Shown in pieces: positions 13,513-26,183 of a DNA stretch of 64,000 bases. The notes beneath the pieces are model-generated. The model saw nothing but the letters and a program-made list of their open reading frames with translations, made no database searches and was not told where the DNA came from. Source of the stretch: Eledone cirrhosa (lineage: Eukaryota); assembly GCA_964016885.1 (NCBI GenBank), contig OZ024740.1:275900001-275964000 (forward strand). Direction: 5' to 3'. Both the position numbers and the translations under genes were made by a program. Positions within the stretch are counted from its first letter, which is position 1; the number at the start of each line of letters is the position of its first letter.

Positions 13513-14124
13513 TTTATAATTTGTGTGTTGGCAAATCTGTGTGGAAATAGGATTGAGAGCGCTGAGGGAATTACATGGCCGTGGCGTCGACATTGGCCGA
13601 AAACGTTTGAGGACCTCTGATTTAGAATATGCTGGACAGCTTTTCTCTGTAAGAATTGCATGGCGATGATTATGGATAATTTTCACATTCTTTGACCTAG
13701 CAGTACCACCATGTTATCTATTGTCTGTTTGATATTTTTGTTGTTTCAAGATAAATTCCATAGATATAGTTATGTCATCAGAAAAAAAACCTATATGAAA
13801 AGCAGAATCAATGTTGAGATTGTATTCAGTAAATCGTTTCGAGGCAGCATGTTGCTGATACACATAGCAAAGAACAACTGAGAGAAGACACTTACATTTG
13901 GCACAAGGAATAATCTGATACTTGTGGTTTTCCTCGAATGGGTTGCATTGTTTTATTTTTTCCATTTCTCATTTTGTGTTTATACTGTGGTATTAAATTT
14001 ATTTTTTTCTCATACATGATTCTGTTAAACACATCACTGTTTTTGTTAATTGTCCCTCTAATATCCTCTCATCCATTGAGCTTATGGCAATGATAACGGA
14101 TAACTATTGCTAAGACATTAAGGA

Positions 14125-14348
14125 TGAAGAAGAAGAAGAAGAAACATGGGGACAAGAAGGGGGAAGAGGAGGAGAAGAAGAAGGGGAAGAAGGAGAGGTA
14201 GAAGAAGAAGAAGAAGAAGAAGAAGAAGAAGAAGAAGACGAAGAAGGAGGAAAATTAGAAGAAGAAGAAGAAGGACGAGGAGGAGTAGGAGGAGGAGGAG
14301 GAGGAGGAGGAGAAGAAGAAGAAGCACAACAGCAACAAGCAGCAGCAA

Positions 14349-14405
<57 letters not shown>

Positions 14406-14414
14406 CAGCAGCAC

Positions 14415-14447
<33 letters not shown>

Positions 14448-14478
14448 TAGTAGTAGCAGTAGTAGTAGTAGTAGTCGT
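14125..14478. repeat. Compound trinucleotide microsatellite (GAA/GGA/GTA/GCA)n
   Basis: Direct reading. Confidence 0.95.
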
Positions 14479-14743
14479 CATAATAATACTTGTGTTTACT
14501 AGCCTGCAGTCTTTACTGGGTGATTATTGTATGTGAAATTGGCTAAAGATGACTTTTTGTTGCCAAAACAAATGGCCAGTTTACTTAATGCTTACAAAAA
14601 TAGGTTTAAGATTTAAAATAAAGGCCAGTGACACAGTAAAGAAAATATATATTCATCACATGCTCATAGCTTCGTACTTACAAGCACACACACACTTTTT
14701 ACACACATTTCTTCTTAGCTTCGTACGGACGTATAATAAAACA

Positions 14744-14781
<38 letters not shown>

Positions 14782-14959
14782 CATGCGCACGCGCACAAAT
14801 ATATCTTTTTCCAAAACGTTTTTTTTCCATTTCAGGTAGACGCGTTCCATCATCCACATTTCTAAAATAATAAATCATACACAAAACGCCAGCATCAACA
14901 GTTTTCCAAGAGATGTCAACATGAATGTTATTTTTATCTAAAGACATTTTTTCCAATTC

Positions 14960-17900
14960 TAACCCGCCCGTCCCTCCAATCTGTCTTTTTTTCATTCTTT
15001 CGCTTGATGAAGGACTAGTGCCCGAAACGTTAAGACCCTCTTCCTGCTATTTCAAGCGTTAACCTAATATATTCCTTCCATATACTGTACCGATTGTGTT
15101 GTTATTTCTGTTTACCTTTTACATACATATATATATATCAATGTTTACGTGGACCTCTCAAATTCGTTCGATTTTCAAATTGGATTTTCACCCCGAAACT
15201 GTATACAAACCCGGAGTATACCCGAACTTCCACCAGGAAATGTTCTTTGCTTCTTGCATTTAAATATTCCACGACTCTCTACCACTTTTCCTCTACTACA
15301 ATCTTCTTACATCACCTTCTTCTTCTCACCCCACTATTTTTCACTCCCACCCTAGTACCTTCAACATGCCCAATCTCAAATCTTTTCTCCGTCAGTTCCA
15401 TTCTTCTCTCAAACGCTCCCTCCAACCTCCCCACCCCTATATGCATCCAATCATCCGTGCGTCTCTCCAACCTCATCTTCACCAAAACAAAATACAACAG
15501 TCACATTAACTTTCTAAGTTGGTGTCTCCACCACCACCTAATTCCCCGAGGTTTCCGCCTCAAGTTCCACCCCACCTCTTACTCTGCTCCTACCACTTAG
15601 CCCTTCCTTACTCGTTCCTCTCGCCAGCTCATGCGGGCGACTATCCGATTAACTCTTGCCCAAATCCGTTCTCTCGACCGAGAACTCCCCAAGGCCTACC
15701 TCCATCTCTCCACCACTTGCCACTCCCTCATCGCCCAATCCCTTATCCAATTCAGCCTTTACTTCACTCGCCTCCTTTTCAATTTCTTCACTTCCATAAA
15801 AAACCACAAACTCCACTCACTCCGCTCCACGCCTGCCGTCACCACCCATACTCATATCACCACCAACCCTAACCCCTCTATCCCATCACCTACCACCGCT
15901 TTCCTCTCCCCACCACTGAATCTGCATACCCTTTGCCCAACCACCTTAACCCCTCCGTCTCCACCCCTTTCACTCCCTCATATCCCTGCACTGAGGCCAT
16001 GTAGCCACCATACCCCAGAACCTACTACTCTCCGAAGCTGAGCACTCACTACTCGCCCGTGGTTTGCGTTTTATACCAACCACAGCTACCTGCGACGAGT
16101 TCCGCACACATGCCGATATTGAAGGATTCTTCCGTCGATTAAAGCTCAAAGCTTTTTTTACGACCCCTCATCATCGACACAGACGGGTGACTTCACTCGT
16201 CTCAGTTGCCGGCAATCACATTGGACGCCAAACTCTGGCCGGTTCAGCATCCTCGACTCCTTTGTCGATACTTGTAGGCGTACTGTGAACCAGTTCCGTT
16301 TCCACCAGCATTCTCGTCGCTCTAACATTACGCGGGCTGAGCTCTCCACTCTTCGAAACCTTCGGCGTCGCGATGGCATTGTCATCAAACCCGGTGACAA
16401 AGGTGGCGCTGTGGTGGTTTGGAGCGTTGGCCTCTATAAGGCTGAGCACTCCACCAGCTTCCCGACCACCTTTTTTCCCCGTCCTTTATCCTCCGACCCC
16501 ACTCCTGGCTACCAACAACTCGTGTCCTCCACCATCCACCAGCTCATCTCCTCTCTCCTAACCCCACAGCCACCAACCTTATTGTACACACCCCTCGCAC
16601 ACCCAACATCTACTTCCTCCCCAAAATATAGAAACAAAATAATCCCGGCCGTCCTATCGTTTCTACGTGTAACTGCACCACTGAGATCAGTTCTGAATAT
16701 TTAGACACCATCCTTGCCCCGTTAATCGTCAATCTCCCCTCCCACATCCACGATACCAATCATGCCCTTAGACACTTTAACTCCTTCTCCTTCCCTCCTG
16801 GCCCCTCTCGCCATCTCTTTACCCTGGACATCACCTCTCTCTATACCGTCATCCCTCATGATGACGGCCTCCGCACTCTCCAACATATTTAGACTTACGC
16901 CCTACCCTTACCCCAGCACTACTACTCTTCTCCGTCTGGTTGAGCTTGTTCTCACCCTCAATCGCTTTTCCTTTTCGGGTGAATTCTATCAGAAGGTCTC
17001 TGAAGTAGCGATGGGAACCAGAATGTGAGCAATCTATGCCAACTTGTTTGTTAGCTACGTCGAAGCCCAGATCTTCTCCCAGTACGCTGGACCTACTCCT
17101 GAGCTATACGGTCGTTATATCGACGACTGTATCGGCACCACCTCTCTATCACGAGAACAGCTCGACTGCTTTCTATCTTTTGTCCTATCTTTCCAACCTG
17201 CTCTCACCTTCACCGTCTCCGATCCTTCTGTCCCTTTTCTATCTATCTCTCTATCTATCAATCACTCTCACCACACCCTCTCTACTTCCATCTTCTATAA
17301 AGCAACAAGACTCACACTCTTACCTCGACTTCACCTCCTCCCATCCAACCCACACCAAACACTCCATACCCTATTCCCAATTCCTCCGTCTTCGTCGGCT
17401 ATGTAGCCAGGACGACGATTTCGAAACCCATTCCCTTCACATGGCTTCCCGCTTTATCCAGCGTGGATATGATCCCACCCTGATGCAAGCTGCTCTCATT
17501 CGCGCCCGTAAAATCGACCGTACCACAGCCCTCTCACCTCACCAGCGCCCTCCCAACGCCCGCGTTCCTTTCCCTCTCACTTACCACCCCATCACCCTAC
17601 CACTCCAACGACATATCCTCCGTTCATTCAGCACCCGTCATTTCTCACTTTTTTCCAAACCCACCTATTACTGCATTTAAGCGCGCCCGCAACCTCCTAC
17701 AACTCCACCTAGCTCTCATCCTTGTTCTCGTCCCCGCTGCAACACTTAACACTTGTCCCTTCATTTCCACCCTCACCACTCTCACAGGCCCTAACTGGTC
17801 TTTCCTTATCTGCCAGTCCTTCACCTGCACCCACGTTGTCTCTGCGCTCCGGTGTTCCCTTTGCGGGTCTTTATACACCGGACAAACAGGACGCCGCATG

Positions 17901-18095
17901 GCGGACCGCTTTGCTGAGCATTTGAGGGACCTATGATTCGGTTTGGATATTCCTGTCGCCCGTCATTTCCGTTCTCCTGGTCATTCTTCCCTTCATGCAT
18001 CAGTCCTAAGTATCTTTTTACATCATAGATCATAGGCCTCACGCACTAGGTTTGAACAGAATCTGATTCACCGCCTTGGGTCCTATTTCCATCAT
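14960..18095 (+). mobile_element. Penelope-like element, Neptune-type (RT + GIY-YIG), decayed
   Basis: N-terminal HINFLSWCL...IPRGF; RT motifs IVIKPGDKGGAVVVW, YFLPKI, PGRPIVS, LDITSLYTVIPHDDGL, VAMGTRM, YGRYIDDCIG, SYLDFTSSHP..SIPYSQFLRLRRLCS; GIY-YIG CSLCGSLYTGQTGRRMADRFAEHLR near 17850-17930. Many frameshifts. Upstream pLTR-like piece with HHR remnant. Confidence 0.88.
15001..15035 (+). ncRNA. Degenerate minimal hammerhead in the Neptune pLTR
   Basis: (C)TTGATGA-AGGACTAGTGCCC-GAAA-CGTTA; core and stem I imperfect. Confidence 0.5.
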
Positions 18096-19403
18096 AGACT
18101 CGTGGAGAGCCGACCAGGAGGTGTAACTGCCCTGATAGATCTACGTGCCCCCTCAACAACAGATGCCGAGAACGTAACGTGATCTACCAATGCAACGTGA
18201 GGACGGAAAACTCCAACAAATCCTATATACGATTAACAGCTTGTGACTTTAAGACCCGGCTCTACCAACACCGACATACGTTTAGAAACCCGGCCCGGCG
18301 ACATTCCAGTACACTTTCGGGCCACATCTGGGACCTCCAAGATAATAACATCACATACCATCTTACTTGGAGCTTACTTTCCAGGGCTAACTCCTACACG
18401 GGCGAATGCGGTCCGTGTAACTTATGCTCAGAGGAAACAATACAAATGCTGTTTACGAAGGACCAACACCTAAACAAAAAAGACGAACTTGTAACCGCAT
18501 GTAAACACCGATTGTGTAGGACTTACCTCGCCCTCAAACCCCCTCATGACTCGGGTGGGTAGACAATAGCTGTACCATCCTTCTTTTCCCCACTTACCGA
18601 ACAAGATAGGGGAAACCCCAGCATACATAGGTAGATGTACTTCTTTTCTTTTTTTCCCTTTATCTCTTCTTCTCACTTCCTTTCACTCCCTCTCCTTTTC
18701 CTTTTTTCTCTTACGCTTACCCTGAGGCAGCCCATCGGGCGTTTGTAGCCACAGTACCCCCACCCCAGTAAATTCTATATAGCATTGGCCGAAAACGCAA
18801 TACCAGCTAAAAATATGTTTTAGACGCAATACCAGCTAAAAATATGTTTTAGACTCTAGTTTTTTTTATTATCTTTTATTATTTAATTTTTTAATATTAT
18901 TTTTATTTATTATATTTTAAATTTTTAATTTCAATTTATTAACTTTTTGATTTTTTAATTTTATAAATTCCCACACCCAGATTCCTCCAGATTTCTTTTT
19001 CCGCCTGCTTTCTAGCTAGCCTAATTTCATCAACACTCCTAAGAATTTGCCGTATAGAGTTCACTTTCAACGCTTGACCGGCTCCACCCACTCCCTCGTT
19101 GTTCTACAGGCAAGTTCAGCCAACCCCACCCTCCGCCATGAAAGATTTAACTGTGTTTACAAGAAATTTTGACCAATCATTTTGACAACTACAATCTTCC
19201 CATATAAGGAAGTACCCCGTTGAGAAGTTCGGCTATTTATTCACCAGCTAAAAATTCTAATTTAGTCCAGAAATAGCTGTCGAAACGGCTTGAGCTCCGC
19301 CGTCGGAGTCTTGAACATTTTCCTAATACACACTCTACTAGCCTAAGTATTGGGTACTCTAGTGGGTTATGGTCCACCTGGTTCCTTACCACACTTCCTT
19401 CGT

Positions 19404-19404
<1 letters not shown>
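18096..19404 (+). mobile_element. Penelope-like element, Nematis-type 3' part: GIY-YIG plus pLTR (family A)
   Basis: CNCPDRSTCPLNNRC..NVIYQC...SYIRLTACDFKTRLYQHRHTF...LSGHIW...CNLCSEE, stop at 18562. The 3' UTR ends ...CACTTCCTTCGTT(ATA)n. Confidence 0.85.
19214..19309 (+). ncRNA. Hammerhead variant (family A, U3-A8 core)
   Basis: ACCCCg-UUGAGAA-long stem II (CGGCUAUUU/AAAUAGCUG)-GAAA-CGGC...GCCG-UC^GGAGU; stem I register uncertain. Confidence 0.55.
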
Positions 19405-19461
<57 letters not shown>

Positions 19462-19462
<1 letters not shown>

Positions 19463-19680
19463 AGTGCTCTATGTATAGTACAGAGCTATTTAATTATGTA
19501 ATAAACAACACAATAGAATTATTCCATTACCCAAGGTTTCACGAAGACAGGCGACCATAAAGAGGCGTCCAAAGTCATTCATCAGTCGTTCATCAATATC
19601 AAATTAATATTAAATTTTCCTTCTGATGAAGGACGTTGGACGCCTTGGATAATGGAATAATTGTATTCTGTCGTCTGCTT
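19462..19680. mobile_element. Family E fold-back with hammerhead
   Basis: Minus 19585-19522: CUGAUGA-AUGA...UCGU-GAAA-CCUUGGG-UA^AUGGAA. The inverted + copy (19617-19665) keeps the stem I 5' strand and CTGATGA but has an internal deletion. Confidence 0.65.
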
Positions 19681-19684
19681 TTCG

Positions 19685-20326
19685 CCTTTCGCCTACCCCG
19701 ATGCAACCTATCGGGCCTCTGTAGCATCAGTTCCCCCACCCCTGTAATTTTAAGATAGAATTGGCCGAATACGTTTTACTAACTACTTATAGCAGACGTG
19801 TTAAACCCCTTTAATGTTGTATCAGTTTTGGTACTACTCAATTTCTACAAGTTTTTCTATTCTCAACTTATTAACCTGTAATTGTAAGATAACGTTGCGA
19901 TATTTTTTATTCATTTCTCACTATCTAATTTTATATATTTTTTAATTTCTTTTTTTATTTATTTCTATTATCTTTTATTGTCTCCTACTCTCATTCGATT
20001 TACCTATTCTATAACCTCCCTCCTCCACTTCATACACTATCCTTAGAATCTGCTGTATACATATCATTTTCAACGCTTAACCGCTCCACTCACTCCCCTA
20101 TTGTTCTTCAGGCAAGTTCAGCCACCCCTACCTGCCACCAAATGCCATAGTAGACTTATTTGTGTTTACAACACATTTTAACCAATCCTCTTGACAACTA
20201 CAATCTTCCCATATAAGGAAGTACCCCCTTGACAAGTTCGGCTACTTATTCACCAGGCTAAAAATTCTAATTTAGTCCAGAAATAGCCGTCGAAACGGAT
20301 TGAGCTCTGCCGTCGGGGTCATACTT

Positions 20327-20330
<4 letters not shown>
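19685..20330 (+). mobile_element. Second, diverged family A pLTR copy with U3-A8 hammerhead (20223-20319)
   Basis: Colinear with 18715-19320; CCCC-UUGACAA...GAAA-CGG...CCG-UC^GGGG. Confidence 0.75.
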
Positions 20331-20401
<71 letters not shown>

Positions 20402-20404
<3 letters not shown>

Positions 20405-20583
20405 GAACGAGTAGGACCCCGACGGCTGAGCTCAAGCCGTTTCGACGGCTAATTCTGGACTAGAATTAGCCGTCGAAACGGCTTGAGCTCAGCCGTTGGG
20501 GTCCTACTCGTTCCTATTACCCACTCTACTACCCTAAGTATTGAGTTATGGTCCACCTGGTTCCTTACCACATTTCCTTCGTT
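20402..20583. mobile_element. Family A fold-back palindrome in (TA)n
   Basis: Arms GGAACGAGTAGGACCCC...AATTCT and AGAATT...GGGGTCCTACTCGTTCC around GGACT (~20459); the right arm runs on to ...CCTTCGTT. Confidence 0.9.
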
Positions 20584-20614
20584 ATATATATATAAATATA
20601 TATATATTTATTTA

Positions 20615-20835
20615 TTTATTAAAATAACATATTAAAGTTTAAGCAAAGAATCGTTGCTTTCACCCTTAACGGGATCTTCTGAAGATCCCGTTAAGAGTGA
20701 AAGAAAGCAGCGATTCTTTGCTTAAACTTTAATCTGTTATTTTAATAAATATTTACTCTACGGTTCTTATATATTTGATATATATTTATCCTTATCGAGC
20801 CCTCTTTGGATTTTAGTCTTCAAATTTATTATTAT
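20615..20835. mobile_element. Family B fold-back palindrome
   Basis: Centre GGGATCTTC-T-GAAGATCCC at 20680; arms match the termini of the PLE at 55619-58800. Confidence 0.9.
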
Positions 20836-20840
20836 TACTA

Positions 20841-20900
<60 letters not shown>

Positions 20901-20916
20901 GTAATATATATATATT

Positions 20917-21900
20917 CTAGCAACAGGACCCGGCGTTGCACGGGGTATGAAACGTGAAATAGCAACATGTATATGCAAAGATTGCGGAATGTTCCTGTGT
21001 ACATTTTGAATTCCCTTATTCTCAGGGAATAATTGAGGAGCGATGTAGTCAATTGTGTGAAAACTAAGTAACGATATACGTTTAAGTAGGGATATTGAGG
21101 TGACAAAATCAGCGTGGCAACGCATCTGCAGCAGAAGGAGGTCATAGTGCAATTAGTACAAACGCTGCGAGGCACTGGTTGCACTGCGTTTACACAGCAA
21201 CAAATGTGCGACAAAAGGGTCACCGCGAAATTAGCACAACCGCTGTTCGGCGTACATGCGCAGGGCGTCCATACTGCGGTGTAGGTGCAACAAACGGGGT
21301 CTTAATAGAAGTAGCACAGAGGTGAGTTTTACGGTGTCAATAACACGGCAACGTACACAGGGCTAGGATCTGTGCGTCAACAGGCCGCCCTCAAAAATTT
21401 TAAGGTCCTCCTCATTTCCTCAATCCCCCAAAAGTGGTCTTGCTTAAAAGTAATTGTTGTGTCCTCTGTTAAATAAACCACATTTTTAACGAGATATTAT
21501 ACGCTACTTACGATCTTTAAGTAGCGTTTATATTGAAAATGAAAATGGCATGTAATGCCCAATGCTAATTCGTAAATTTGCTAGAAACCATTAATAGAAT
21601 CGCAAATTCTTTTGTTCACAGCAATGCGAGGGGACTACCTAATGTGTGCTGCAATTTTCGAGGAAATCGGCTGGAATATCTTTAAGTTAGGTCCCCCAAA
21701 AGCCTTAAAATGCCTTTAGAATGCGGTTTTTCGCCTAATGCGACCCTAGGTCAGAAAAAAGTTATAATTCTTTTAGCCCATTACACTTCAAGAAATATAA
21801 GTAACGCATGTGTAAAGTTTGAAAAAAATCGGTCGGGTACTTCTCGAGTTTTAGGGATTTACACAGACAGATAGACAGACATCCTATGTTATATATATAT
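20917..21900 (-). mobile_element. Non-autonomous Helitron
   Basis: Minus strand: 5' (TA)n-ACATAGGATGTCTGTCT; 3' hairpin CCCGTGCAACGCCGGG then CTAG. Confidence 0.75.
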
Positions 21901-21904
21901 ATAT

Positions 21905-22341
21905 AAACGTTTGTATTTGTAAAGCCAAAACAATGCAGGTATGAATATAGAATATAAATGCAAATGCAAAGATATTGTTGACAATTAGTCTTTTACCTTA
22001 AATTTATTTAAATATCTTAATTTTCGAGATAATATCTCTTCTTCGGAGGGATGTAAAGTGGTTAAACCAGCGTTCTAAATAGCTTGCCAAGTCATGCTGA
22101 CAGGAATTACCTGGCAAGCTATTTAGAACGCTGGTTTAACCACTTTACATCCCTCCGAAGAAGAGATATTATCTCGAAAATTAAGGATATTTAAATAAAT
22201 TTAAGGTAAAAGACTAATTGTCAACAATATCTTTTGCATTTGCATTTATATTCTATATCCATACCTGCATTGTTTTGGCTTTACAAATACAAACGTTTAT
22301 ACCTCATCATACAATGCTTCAAGTGAACTATAACTTCCTCC
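21905..22341. mobile_element. Family C fold-back (~185-bp arms) with minimal hammerheads
   Basis: 21905-22089 is inverted at 22113-22300. HHR at 22149-22188: AUCCCU-CCGAAGA-aGAGAUauuAUCUC-GAAA-AUUA^AGGAU. Confidence 0.85.
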
Positions 22342-22342
22342 A

Positions 22343-22403
<61 letters not shown>

Positions 22404-22408
22404 GTATA

Positions 22409-22614
22409 TAACGAAAGAAATGTGGTAAGGAACCAGATGGACCATAACGCACCAAAGTACTCAATACTTAGGGTAGTAGATTGGGTAATAAGAACGAGTA
22501 GGACCCCGACGGCTGAGCTCAAGCCGTTTCGACGGCTAATTCTGGACTAAATCTAGTCCAGAATTAGCCGTCGAAACGGCTTGAGCTGAGCTGTCGGGGT
22601 CCTACTCGTTCCTA
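22409..22614. mobile_element. Family A fold-back palindrome
   Basis: Long arm starts AACGAAAGAAATGTGG; centre CTAAATCTAG near 22550; short arm ends GTTCCTAT. Confidence 0.9.
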
Positions 22615-22639
22615 TTTATGTATATATATATATATATAG

Positions 22640-22860
22640 TAATAATAATAAATTTGATGACTAAAATCCAAAGAGGGCTCGATAAGGATAAATATATATC
22701 AAATATATAAGAACCGTAGAGCAAATATTTATTAAAATAACAGATTAAAGTTTAAGCAAAAATCACTGCTTTCACCTTTAACGGGATCTTCTGAAGATCC
22801 CGTTAAGGGTGAACGCAGCGATTCTCTGCTTAAACATTGATCTGTTATTTTAATAAATAT
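22640..22860. mobile_element. Family B fold-back palindrome
   Basis: Same centre as 20680 (T at 22792) but opposite orientation. Confidence 0.9.
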
Positions 22861-22921
22861 ATATATATATTATATATATATATATATTTATGTATATTTA
22901 TATATACATATATAAGAGTGT

Positions 22922-22977
22922 ATACGTTTGTTTACAAACAAACCGAACATTATAATAAATGTTCGGTAAACCCATAC

Positions 22978-23045
<68 letters not shown>

Positions 23046-23401
23046 ATGTATGTATATATATATATATATACATAATACTGTACACATATATGTATGTACG
23101 TATACATACTTATATTTAAGTAACAGCCGTACTAAGAGTGAGAAATGAAATTTCGTTTCATTCTTTTCCATTTATCGTTTTCGGTGCGCCCGGCCGACTA
23201 ACTCACTCGATATGCAAATTAGGCTGCTCAGCCGTTAATATGCATAAGGAAAGTATATACTTTCAAATGTTCAATCATCTGACAGAAAGATACACAATGC
23301 TGACGATAGCTAATAAGCTTGAAACTAGTATACATACTTTTATTTAGGTATCAGCCGTACTAAAAGGGAGAAATGAAATTTCGTTTCATTCTTTTCCATT
23401 T
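22922..23401 (+). mobile_element. Retrozyme-like family F, partial tandem with hammerhead core at 23300-23330
   Basis: The 3' segment TACATACTT...TTTTCCATTT occurs twice (23103-23173, 23331-23400); CUGACGA-uAGCUaauaAGCUu-GAAA-CUAG-UA. Confidence 0.8.
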
Positions 23402-23403
23402 AT

Positions 23404-23494
<91 letters not shown>

Positions 23495-24027
23495 AAGAGT
23501 GCTTGTGTAGGCACATATATGTGTTCGCAAGCATGCATTGAAAAAAAATATATATATAATGATTACACATAAACCTATGTGCATAAATACAAGTATAATT
23601 AAACAGTTTTTCTTGTTGTTCCCACCAATATGACCCAAGTGCAGTTGCTTAACCCTAAGTCAACTCTGATAATGCAGACCTAATCAAAATCATTCCAGCT
23701 GTGGGTTATGCTTCCAAATGCATTTAATCTAGAATCACGTTATTTAATGTCTACAAAATCTCAATGAGTGGTTTGAGGAAGATTTGACTGCTAATTCTAG
23801 TAGATCAAGTGCCTATGTAGCAGCTGCTTCATTGCCTAGGTATATGTGTAGTGAACAGTAGAAACAGTAATCAATTATGTTTATTTATATTCTGAGTCCA
23901 AATAACACAATGGTTGACTTTAACTTCATTTTCCTGACCTCTATGAAATAAGTAGTAGTTGAGTATTGAAGTCAGTCAAATTTACTATACCTTTCCCCAA
24001 ATGTGAGGCCTCTATTATTATTATTAT

Positions 24028-25962
24028 GGTTTGGCAGTATCGGTAGACCGTCAGACACCATGCTTTGCAACATAGAGTTATGGCCCTTTACGTGCTGAGT
24101 TCAAATCCTGCCAATTTTAGCTTTGCCTTTCATCCTTACGGGGTCGATAAAATAAAGCACCAGTAACGTATGGGGTCGATTTAATCGACTTTCCCTTCCG
24201 CCCCAAATTACTGGCTTGTGCCTATACTAGAAATCATTATTATTGTGGTGAATTGGCAGTATCGGTAGAGGGTTGGACGCCATGCTTTCTAGCATAGTTA
24301 CGTCCCTTTACAGTATGAGTTCAAATCATGCCGAGGTTAACTTTGCCTTTCATCCTTACGGGGTCGATAAAATAAAGTACCAGTAATACACTGGGTAATT
24401 GCTGGCCTTGTGCCTAAAGTAGAAAAATTATTATTATTATTATTGCTATTCTGAGTTCAAATCCCGCCGAGGTTTACTTTGCCTTTCATCCTTACGGGGT
24501 CGATAAAATAAAGTACCAGTAATGCACTGGGATAATTACTGGCTTTGTGCCAAAAGTAGAAACAATTATTATTATTATTGTTATTACTAGTAGGGTGCTG
24601 GATTGACAGTATCAGTAGAGCGTTGGACACAATGCTTTGCAGCACAGAGTTTCGGCTCTTTACGTTCTGATTTCAAATTCTGCCAAGATTAGCTTTGCCT
24701 TTCAACCTTACGGAGTGGATAAAATAAAGTACCAGTCATGCACCGAGGTTGATTTAATCGACTTTCCACTTCCCCAAAATTGTTTGCCTTGTGCCTAAAG
24801 TAGAAACAATTATGCTTATTATTACTAACTTTGCCTTTCATCATTAAGGGGTTGATAAAATAAAGTACCAGTAATACACTGAGTAATTGCTGGCCTTGTG
24901 CCAAAAGTAGAAACAATTATTACTAGTAAGGCCGTGGATTGGCAGTGTCTGTAGAGCATCAGATGCCATGCTTCACAGCATAGAGTTAAGGCACTATACG
25001 TTCTGATTTCAAATCCTGCTGAGGTTAGCTTTGATTTTCATTCTTAAGGGTTCGATAAAATAAATGTTTCCCTCTCCAAAAATTGCTGGCCTTGTGCCTA
25101 AAGTAGAAACAATTATGCTTATTATTACTAGTAGGGCAGGGGATGGCAGTATCGGTAGAAGCTCGGACACAATGCTTTGCAACATAGACTTAGATCTCTT
25201 TATGGTCTGAGTTCAAATCCCGCCGAGATTCACTTTGCCTTTCATCCTTACGGGGTCGATAAAATAAAGTACCAGTAATACACTGGGATAATTGCTGGCC
25301 TACCTGTCACTACACTGCCAGTAAAATACACACACAAATAACCAGAATAATAACTCTATGTATTATATATATACTTATAAGTGTGACAGACCAATGTTAT
25401 GGTCTATTTCGGAAGACTGTGTTACCTTGTCTATATGTTGAAGGACACACACACCACAATTGCGTCACACGTCTTGTACTTATATAACATTAATAACAGT
25501 TTCGGACGCCATGCTTTCTAGCATAGTTACGTCCCTTTACGGTCTTAGTTCAAATCCCACCGAGGTTAACTTTGCCTTTCATCCTTACTGGGTCGATAAA
25601 ATAAAGTACCAGTAATACGCTGGGATAATTGCTGGCCTTGTGCCAAATAAAGAAACAATTAATAACAGTTTAAATAATGTTGAACAATATTCTGTAGAAT
25701 ATAAAAGAAAGTATCTTAAATAAATGCAGGTCTATCAATAAATAGCAAACCACACTTCATTATAGTTAAAAATGGAGGTGGATTGGCAGTATCGGTAGAG
25801 GGTCGGACGCCATGCTTTGACGCATAGAGTTACGGCCCTTGCCATTCTGTGTTCAAATCTCGCCGAGGTTAACTTTGCCTTTCATCCTTACGGGGTCGAT
25901 AAAATAAAGTACCAGTAATGCACTGGATAGTTGCTGGCCTTGTGCCTAAAGTAGAAACAATT
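24028..25962 (+). mobile_element. Dense co-oriented array of about 10 full and partial tRNA-derived SINEs
   Basis: Repeated consensus separated by (ATT)n tails. Confidence 0.92.
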
Positions 25963-26183
25963 ATAGTTAAAAACCTACCTGTCATTATAGTGAAATTCAT
26001 TTTTTAAAGTCTGTTGTCATCCCTTTCATTCTGACATCATAAACAATCCACCTCTCTCTCTCCCCCTCTCACTAATTTCTCTCTCTCGACAACACCTTTT
26101 CAACCCCTCAATTTTTTTCTCTTCCTACATATATGTTGTGATGGAGAGATAGATGGAGAAACAGCTTCTTTTTTATAATATTA

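Noticed and set aside
14110-14502. Poly-R/S, poly-L and poly-T ORFs
   Set aside because: Trinucleotide microsatellite.
14797-14861. Minus-strand candidate exon (MWMMERVYLKW...)
   Set aside because: Weak donor (GTGCGC), no recognisable homology and no partner exons.
24028-25962. tRNA-like A/B boxes considered as tRNA genes
   Set aside because: No cloverleaf closes; each runs into the SINE body.
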